The translations under genes were made by a program, and so were the position numbers. A stretch of 41,106 bases of DNA from Octopus bimaculoides (Eukaryota). The notes beneath the pieces are model-generated. The model was not told the origin of the DNA and searched no databases. It saw only the letters and a program-made list of their open reading frames with translations. Location: positions 138,017,576 through 138,058,681 of the forward strand of contig NC_068984.1 in NCBI RefSeq assembly GCF_001194135.2. The letters are read 5' to 3'. Below are positions 33,067 through 41,106 of the stretch, piece by piece; positions within the stretch are counted from its first letter, which is position 1, and every line of letters starts with the position of its first letter.

Positions 33067-34560
33067 CTAGCAAAGATACCCGATAGTGACAAAAATGAAG
33101 GAAAGTTTTTTTCTCCCTCTTCTTTCGTTTGTTTTGTTGTTAAACTTGATATACTGTAATTCTTTAGACAGGGCATTTTGTGTGGAATGTATTATCATTG
33201 CAATATATACAGATACATGTTTAAAGTTGAGATTTTTTCGGCTTCTACGTATCACATAAGATACAAACAATTCAAATGGAAACATATTCTATTCGGGTAG
33301 AGACTTAGAGAATACAATATTTTTTTATTCTGCTTTTTGGTCCTCCGATTGAAAGGTATCTGCTTAGTCCAGCATGTGGGCATACAATAGCGAGATCATT
33401 GTGTGAAAAATAAGGAGATGCCGGTTCTTCTCCATGCAAATTTGGGGGACCACCGCCAAGACAGAAAAAGACAGTGTCACTGAAAACTGAAATGACTTGA
33501 ATTGAAAAAGTATATTTGATGGGGTAGCAATGAACGTGCAAAATGAAAACCCCACCATGACACAACCAGCCATAACAGTAGCTTCGGGTTGGCACTCCGT
33601 CGGTTACGACGACGAGGGTTCCAGTTGATCCGATCAACGGAACAGCCTACTCGTGAAATTAACGTGCAAGTGGCTGAGCACTCCACAGACACGTGAACCT
33701 TTAACGTAGTTCTCGGGATATTCAGCGTGACACAGTGTGACAAGGCTGACCCCTTCGAATTACAAGCACAACAGAAACAGGAAGTAAGAGTGAGAGAAAG
33801 TTGTGGTGAAAGAATACAGCAGGGTTCACCACCATCCCCTGCTAGAACCTAGTGGAACTTAATGTGTTTTCGCTCGATAAACACTCACAACGCCCGGTCT
33901 GGGAATCGAAACCGCGATCCTACAACCGCGAGTCCGCTGCCCTAACCACTGGGCCATTTCACCTCCACAGTAGTTTCGATGACATGAAGCATAACATCTT
34001 TACAGCTAATCTTGCACCGTTACAGAGATTTTATACATTCAAATTTCGTAGCAACATAATGGATGCGCAGATTGGATGTTATAGATTTTGAAGAGATGAT
34101 GCCAGTGAGATAAGAGAATTGTGAAATACTGTTCATTGTTGGTAGCATCGTTACCGTCACCTAATGTGAACTGAAATACATCCTCAAAGTTTGACTGGTA
34201 TTAGTTGAATGAGTCTGGCATAAGTGTCTTATACAACGTTATTTTAAGGCGCTGGGATAATACATTCGGAAGCTCACTCACAGTTTACAATTCTGTAAGA
34301 GATTAAGATAAAATATTTCAATTCTTTAGTTTTTAATATTTTGACATCACCACTCTCTGTGTCACTTGGTAGGAGACCTTTACTCCCAACTTAAAACTCT
34401 TGCAAACTGAACCGCAGTTATGTGCAGGTTTTATGATTTTAGAAAGATAGATTACTTCTTTTCGTCTCCAAATATCGACATATTTGAGAGATGCTCTCAA
34501 TTCATCAGCAGGTGTACTCTTTGGGGTGATTGGTAGCACTGGTCAACAGATATTTTCTGG
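33067..34560 (-). mobile_element. Decayed Helitron: PIF1-like helicase C-terminus and CTAG 3' end
   Basis: Fragments LPITPKSTPADELRASLK, ASECIIPAP*NN, SIMLLRNLNV*NLCNGARLAVK, FQFKSFQFSVTLSF, PYFSHNDLAIVCPHAG and KNIVFSKSL appear in the correct order; the terminus is ...gCTAG|T at 33067. Confidence 0.8.
33590..33968 (-). mobile_element. SINE family C inserted in the Helitron
   Basis: Full length; TSD acagtagcttcg (33575-33586) / acagtagtttcg (33967-33978). Confidence 0.9.
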
Positions 34561-35304
34561 CACAAGATTTATCAATTAGTTTTTAGCTAAGTTTCGGGTG
34601 TTGAATCCAAATCTGGCATCAGATTTTGTCTATCAGATCAGAATTTTGAGATATATAATCTTTTAGTTTTGCAAGAAACAGCTATTTAATGCTCATAAAG
34701 GCAAAATTAAACATATGTAAATGCAATTTTTATTAGACAACGTCTTTCTTTTTTAATCTAATAAATCAAAACACAAAGTTGTGGGATATTAAATGCACAT
34801 TAGCATGTATGAATTAAGCTTGGTGGTAACATAGTATGAATACAAAATCTCTATTCATTGCGGTCATTCATTCTGATCATATCTTTATTGCGGCACGTTG
34901 GGCAGTTCTCTTTCATTACTGCTCCGTTATATAAAGCAAAACAAAACAGAAGAGCTTGCTTGTATTCGTCACATGCTCTTCGCCTCGTTTCACCTTCAAT
35001 CAATAAATATCAGCAATAAAGAAAAACTTATTTTCATTGTCAAATCCCAAGGGAGCACGTAATATTCATTATTTATATTCAGTCTTCATACTGAGTGAAG
35101 CAGCGATGTTGCATAAACAATGTTTGAATACTCCTCTACTTATACTCAATGACATACGTAACTATGGATACGAACATGATGAAACTTAAACTGTAATATG
35201 AGTCCCCCTCAGAGTTACTCTCTGGATAACCTAGAAAATAAACAGATTTTTGAATACGACACTTTTTCGTTCGATTTTAACCTAAATCGCATCGATACAC
35301 AACA

Positions 35305-35765
35305 GCTATTTATTTTATTGACCTCAAAAGGATGAAAGGCAAAATCAACCTCGGCGGTATTCGAACTCAGAATGTAAAGCCGCTAAGCATTTTGTCCAGT
35401 GTGCTAACGATTATGTCAGATCACTGACTTAAAGGTTTCAAGTTTTGGCACAAGGCCAGTAAACTTAGGAATGCGGGTGTCTTAACTATAGTACTTATTT
35501 TATCGATCCCGAATGAATTAAAGGCAAAGTCCCGAAAAGATTAAAAGCAAAGCCAACCTCGCTGGAATTTGAACCCAGAACGCAATAAGTCGAAAGAAAT
35601 ACCTCTAAGATTTTTTCCAACGCGTTGACAATTCTTCCAACTCGCCACCTATTAATAATAAAAATGCTCCTTTTTGCTAAAGGCACAAGGCCTAAATAAT
35701 TTTAGGAGAGAGGGTGAGTCGATTATATCCAGTACCCCGAATGGATGAAAGGCAAAATCATATTG
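35305..35765 (-). mobile_element. Cluster of three degenerate SINE family A copies
   Basis: Repeated ggatgaaaggcaaa, tttgaacccag and ggcacaaggcc motifs. Confidence 0.7.
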
Positions 35766-36059
35766 GGTTTGATTCCTTGATAAATCAAGCAATATGCAGC
35801 TTTAAGCTAAGGTTTGTTTTGTCTTGCCTGGAATTATCAAGAGTTAACTGTAAACAACACAACTCGTGATATCTGAGAGGACAATGTTCTCAAAGAATAT
35901 TGTTCCCTTAAGCCTAGTGTAAATGACAAATAGGTCACTGAATTTTTAGAACATGAATATCCGTAGCTATACGTCACATACTGCCAATTCAGTCCAGGTT
36001 CAACCACTTTAATTCTGGCAATTGCTGGATTACGAAAACTGATTTTTTTTTTAAGGCAC

Positions 36060-36200
36060 CGTACAAGGACCCTCTGTGTAAACATATGCGTAGAACAGTT
36101 TCGGTAAAAGAGACCGATAGAATAAGTACTAGGCTTACAAAGAATAAGTCCTGGTGTCAATTTGTTCGACTCAAGGCGGTGCTCCAGCATGGCCGCAGTC
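36060..36200 (+). mobile_element. SINE family B tail
   Basis: aagagaccgatagaataagtactaggc ... ggcggtgctccagcatggccgcagtc. Confidence 0.8.
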
Positions 36201-36391
36201 AATAATAAGAGCTAATTAATTTTCCACTTTCTCTCTTTGTATTTCTCTTAATTTAAAGTTCATATACTACAACGTTCATATCGTACATCGTTTTAGATGA
36301 CTACTTGAACTAGCATAATCCCAACCAGTGAAGGGGAGTGTTTTAGAATCCTATTGCTGTTATTGCTGAATTCAATTCAAATTCAAAACTG

Positions 36392-36918
36392 CAGCTTAGG
36401 ATAAATTTCGGTTATAGTTTAGAATATAGTATTCCATTTACTAGCATATTTACTATGAAGGAGGCATAAAATGAGGGAGTGAAGTCCTAACAGCAGTATG
36501 TATTGAGAAATGTGTAAACGGACTTGATAAATTACTGGGTGATGTCTTAGAGAAATAAAAGTATATCTAAACATTTTTTTTCTTGATAATTTTTATGTAG
36601 TAGTCGAAGGAATGTTTGGCTTTCGTTAGGAGTGGTCAACACAACCATTCATGATACAGAGGTTGGGAGTGAATCGTCATCACATGTTACTTAGTCGCAA
36701 ACACATGTCATATAGCTGCAACAGAATGCTGCATCACCAAAAATAATGTGATTTCTCTGACATCACTTTGCAATCTCTCGAGTCCATTTACACATTTCTC
36801 AATACATACTGCTGTTACGACGTCAATCCCTCATTTTATACCTCCATCGTAGATGGATAGATTTGCTAGTAAATGGAATACTACACTTTAAATTATAACC
36901 GAAATTTATCCTAAGCTG
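36392..36918. mobile_element. Unclassified foldback element with inverted arms of about 170 bp
   Basis: cagcttaggataaatttcggttata... / ...tataaccgaaatttatcctaagctg; the arms align inward to about 36560 and 36745. Confidence 0.8.
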
Positions 36919-36919
36919 T

Positions 36920-37348
36920 CCTTCTACACCTTATTTCGAGCAATGAACGACAAGATAAGACTTTCAAGGCAGTTGCTCCCGCGGACCAAAATAAAATTTG
37001 GGATTTGCGGAGGGTCAAAGTTGGTAACAAAAACAGGACATGCAACAAACCAAACCAAACGAATACAAACAGGGAGGGCCGTTAGGCTCAGCCGAGGTAA
37101 GGTAGCGAACGCTGGAAGAAGATTCTTTCCGCTGGATTGCAAGAACTTGATCTGTGTATCTCTTCTTCAGTCCGCCAACAGACCGTTGGTCTTCGGTCAG
37201 TTCCCCGTTGAAGACAGTACTGGGGAGACAGAAGCGTGGCATCCTGACGTGATGGCCAGTCCAGTGAAGTTGCTGCTTCTCAATAAGAAATTCGATGCTG
37301 CAGGAGTTGCAGTTACCAAGATTATTCAATGTGGAATCCTGTCTTCCC
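36920..37348 (-). mobile_element. RTE-BovB-like LINE 3' fragment
   Basis: SIEFLIEKQQLHWTGHHVRMPRFCLPSTVFNGELTEDQRSVGGLKKRYTD. Confidence 0.85.
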
Positions 37349-37849
37349 ACGAGACGTCCAGAAAGTTCTGAGCGTTTTTATGCTAAATCTTTTAACGTTT
37401 CATTGAACACACCCGAAACGTAACACAATTGAAACTTTGGCATTGCTTGAAGTGGTAGTGCATCTCTTCTTTGTTCCTGACTAAAAATAGATCTAACTTT
37501 CATTCCTGTTACCCTATGGATAACCCAAAATTTCATACTCGCGTTGTAATGCTTCCCTTTTTTAAAAAAGAAGAAAATGCTGCAAAGACTTGCAAAAACA
37601 TTTGTGAAGTTTATGGTGATGATACTGTAGGTGAATCATCTGTTCGAAGAGGGTCTGCAAAATTTAAAGCAGTCCCCGTGGAAGATCTTCAAAATTGGAT
37701 GAAGATATTTTGAAGCCAAAAATCGAAGAAAACACAAATATCACGACGTGAGAACTTGCAGAGGAGCTGGATGTTTCTAAAAGTACGGTTCATGAAATAT
37801 ATCTCTTTGGGCTGATTAAAAAACGCTCAGAACTTTCCGGACAACCTAA
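37349..37849 (+). mobile_element. Internally deleted mariner (both TIRs, HTH N-terminus only)
   Basis: TIR core gtcc(a/g)gaaagttctgagcgtttttt at both ends, TA at the right end; peptides MDNPKFHTRVVML...CEVYGDDTVGESSVRR and ELAEELDVSKSTVHE. Confidence 0.85.
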
Positions 37850-38052
37850 TATATATATACTCCTAATATATATATACTCCTGAAGAAGTGCCAAATGTCT
37901 AAATCCAATGGACCAGTCACTGGATAAGTTTGGCACAGAAATGTTAACATAGAGTGGTGAATAAATCGATATATCGAGTTTGAAGTCTCTGTCTCTTTTG
38001 AATATAAAAATTTAAAAGTTAAAAACCTTATAATATATATATATATATATAT

Positions 38053-38197
38053 AGGTGCAAGAGTGGCTGTGTGGTAAGAAATTGCTTCTCAACCACATGG
38101 TTCCGGGTTTAGTTCTTCTGCGTGGCACCTTGAGCAAGGGTCTTCCACTATAGCCTTGGGTCGACCAGAGGCTTGTGAAAGAAACCCGTTGTGTAAA

Positions 38198-38243
<46 letters not shown>

Positions 38244-38410
38244 GTGTGTGTATGTGTTTGTCCCCTCTCACTGATTAACAATCGGTGTTGGTGTGTTTAC
38301 GTCCCAGTAATNNNNNNNNNNNNNNNNNNNNNNNNNNNNNNNNNNNNNNNNNNNNNNNNNNNNNNNNNNNNNNNNNNNNNNNNNNNNNNNNNNNNNNTGA
38401 AACAAGCAAA
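38053..38410 (+). mobile_element. SINE family B spanning an 86-N gap (38312-38397)
   Basis: Head ggtgcaagagtggctgtgtggtaag, core, and (TA)n spacer; the tail tgaaacaag follows the gap. Confidence 0.8.
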
Positions 38411-38423
38411 ACAATAAAATAAT

Positions 38424-38460
<37 letters not shown>

Positions 38461-39934
38461 GGGAACATAGACACTTTTAAAACAAGAGATTAACATAAGA
38501 TTTTGCAGTCATTTTCGCTCGTGCTGAGCTGCAACAAAGGGTTGGCGACCGGGCAGCTGCCGAAGAAGCCGGAACGACCATGGAAGAATGGCGACCACAT
38601 ATCATACAACAGGTCGCAAGGCGTAACGTCGACGCTATCACTCCAGAGAATTGTGTTCCTTGGTGTCTACGCGCCTAGACCTACCTCCCGAGATGCCCCG
38701 ACCGCCAAGAAATAGACGGCTAAATCCTCTCAAACGAACTCTCCTTATCAAGACTGTAAACCAATAATTATCTTAGTGTACAATAACATTAAGAAAGAAA
38801 AAATGCAAAATCAAAATGTATATACTTTTCCCAAGCAAATATATTATGCAAAGAAAGAACATATATCACAACATGATGTATTCAAAAATCATAGAAAATG
38901 AGAATTTGTTGTAATTGTGAGTTTCTTTAAAAAGATTGAAACGGCTGGAATACGATTTCATGAAGTCTTTAACAATAAATACATGTACCTATGCATAAAT
39001 AAAAGAATGCACTGAGAAAACATGGGCACGATAAAGTGCTTAAAGCATAAACAATGGATGAAAACATGATTATGGTAACAGTGATTACAAGATAAAACTA
39101 AACCAGCTATCGTGCTAATTTGATAGCTGAAAGTGTTAAATTCAAACGAATTTTGAATGCTCGAAAAGGCGCTTCCTCGTATTCCGACTAATTTGAATGC
39201 TCTCGACTAATTTGAATGATGTAAATGCTAAATTCTTTGACCGAAGTGCGAAACTGAATGATCAAAAAGAAAAAAAAATGAATTTGAATGATTAATTTCA
39301 TGGCGCTAATTTTTTTTCGCGACTTCGAATGACCGGATTATCAAATTGAATTATAAACGTACGAAAATGACTGCAAAAACCTATGTTTAGTTTCATACAC
39401 GTGTGTGTGTGTGTGTGTATGTGTGTGTGTGTATGTGCGTGTGTGTGTGTGTGCAAAATTGATAACATACAAATTATTTACGATAAAAATTTGCTGTTTC
39501 ATTTTCATTGAAATAGTAGAGTATTCAGAATAAAATCTTACCCTTTGTCTGCATTTAAGTTTCTGAATGTCACTCACTCCAGTTCCATATGCTGTTCAGT
39601 TTAGTTTAGTTTACATCTCCCAGCTAAACCGACGTATAATATTGCATTTAATATTACAGAAAACACATTTCAACGATGCCGGATGGAATAAAAATGTCCT
39701 TTTGCTGAATTTAGATATTAAGATGGAAAACTGTATGGTTTTCACACCGAACTTGGGTAGAAGAATTAAAAGGATGTGTAAATGAACAACATCACTTTTC
39801 AATTCAAAATGTGCTAGTTATAAAACAGTAATTTAATCTAATTGTCAGCAATATTTATATCTTCTCATATAACGATAAGGAACACTAAAGCGAAAAGAGG
39901 ACAATGTTCTAGTTATGATGACATTAAAACATAC

Positions 39935-40238
39935 GGTAAGCGGACAGAAACGTTAGCATGCCGCGCGAAATGCTTAGCGGGATTTCGTCTGTCGTTACGT
40001 TCTGAGTTCAAATTCCGCCGGGGTCGACTTTGCCTTTCATCCTTTCGGGGTCGATAAATTAAGTACCAGTTACATACTGGGGTCGATGTAATTAACTTAA
40101 TCTCTTTGTCTGTTCTTGTTTGTCCCCTCTATGTTTAGCCCCTTGTGGGCAATAAAGAAATAAGAAACGTTAGCACGCCGGGTAAAATGCTTAATCGACT
40201 ATCCCCTTCCCCAATTTCAGGCCTTGTGCCTGTAGTAG
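39935..40238 (+). mobile_element. Dimer-like SINE family A (second unit internally deleted)
   Basis: Same linker as 5723-5788, followed by agaaacgttagcacgccggg. Confidence 0.85.

Positions 40239-40302
<64 letters not shown>
40239..40302. repeat. (ATT)n microsatellite
   Basis: Read directly from the sequence. Confidence 0.95.
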
Positions 40303-40303
<1 letters not shown>

Positions 40304-40304
40304 G

Positions 40305-40650
40305 AAGACGACGAGCTGGCAGAATCGTTAGCGGTATTCCATCCGTCGATACGTTCTGAGTTCAAATTCCGCCGAGGTCGACTTTGCCTTTCATCCTTTC
40401 GGAGTCAATAAAATAAGTACCAGTTGAACACTGGGGTCGATGTAATCGACTCTCACCCACCTTCCCCAAGCTGCCCTTGTGACAAAAATTTGAAGTAATT
40501 ATTATTATTGTTATTTCGGCAGTGAGCTGTCAGGAACGTTAGCACGCCAGACAAAGCGCTTAGCAGTATTTCGTCCGTGTTAACGTTCTAAAAACCAGTG
40601 AAAGAAGCCCTCTCCCTCAAAATATTTCAGGCTTTGTCCCCGTAGGACAA
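40305..40650 (+). mobile_element. Two further tandem SINE family A copies
   Basis: Copy at 40305-40490 is near full length; copy at 40515-40650 is internally deleted. Confidence 0.8.
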
Positions 40651-40944
40651 AGGATTTTTATTTATTTAATTATTTATGTATATATGTGTATCTCTTCTAT
40701 TTTTAATTATTATAAATCTTCCACTGAAGAGGGAGCCGGTTTCTAACAAAGATACAAGACTCCATCTTTGGGATGTAGTTAACACAGACAAATTCACATT
40801 TGGAATTGGAGAAAAGTCTTGCATATTTCTACTGTTCCAGTCACAGATTGATTACATTTGTAATGTACAAATTAGCCGGTCGATTTCTCTTTCTGAAAAT
40901 CCCAGTTTATCCAGATTCTTCTTTAAGCATTTACTAACAAAACC

Positions 40945-40946
<2 letters not shown>

Positions 40947-40975
<29 letters not shown>

Positions 40976-41010
40976 TGTATGTATGTATGTATGTATGTAT
41001 GTATGTATGT
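40947..41010. repeat. (ATGT)n microsatellite
   Basis: 16 perfect units. Confidence 0.95.
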
Positions 41011-41106
41011 CATTATTCAATTTTCTTGCCAATAGAGAAAGAAATGGTTTCTAACTTAGATCCAAGACTTCTTCATTGGAATTTCAACATCAACAACAGC
41101 GTATTT

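Noticed and set aside
40738-41085. Imperfect direct repeat of about 39 bp (ggtttctaac...agat.caagact) at 40738 and 41046
   Set aside because: Short, diverged and at the window edge; probably fragments of a dispersed repeat.
1-41106. CRISPR array or prokaryotic operon
   Set aside because: No repeat-spacer array; the spliceosomal introns and SINEs indicate an animal genome.

Overview
Eukaryotic, AT-rich, repeat-dense scaffold segment with three N-gaps (983-1344, 27338-27643, 38312-38397). The SINE families look like those of Octopus; this is an inference from recognised repeats, not a verified assignment. The only host gene I can support is the 5' part of an OATP/SLCO organic-anion transporter (OATP4-like) on the minus strand. 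It has three phase-1 coding exons (15507-15696, 3800-4075, 2564-2740) with canonical GT-AG sites, giving about 214 aa, and it continues off the left edge. A splice acceptor sits 4 nt before the ATG, so an earlier exon is missing. The rest is a transposon mosaic: at least four tRNA-derived SINE families (here called A-D), RTE and L1/Tx1 LINE remnants, hAT, Merlin-like and Tc1/mariner MITEs, and a decayed Helitron helicase with its CTAG 3' end. Most notable are: several foldback hairpins inside the OATP introns (one pre-miRNA-sized, one TTAGGG-bearing next to a 3' splice site, one built from two transposase 3' ends); a recurrent dimer-like SINE; a four-element nest; a Rex3/Expander-like RTE; and a minisatellite with polar CpG decay. 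I found no clear new protein-coding system. Alignments were done by eye and most repeat boundaries are approximate.
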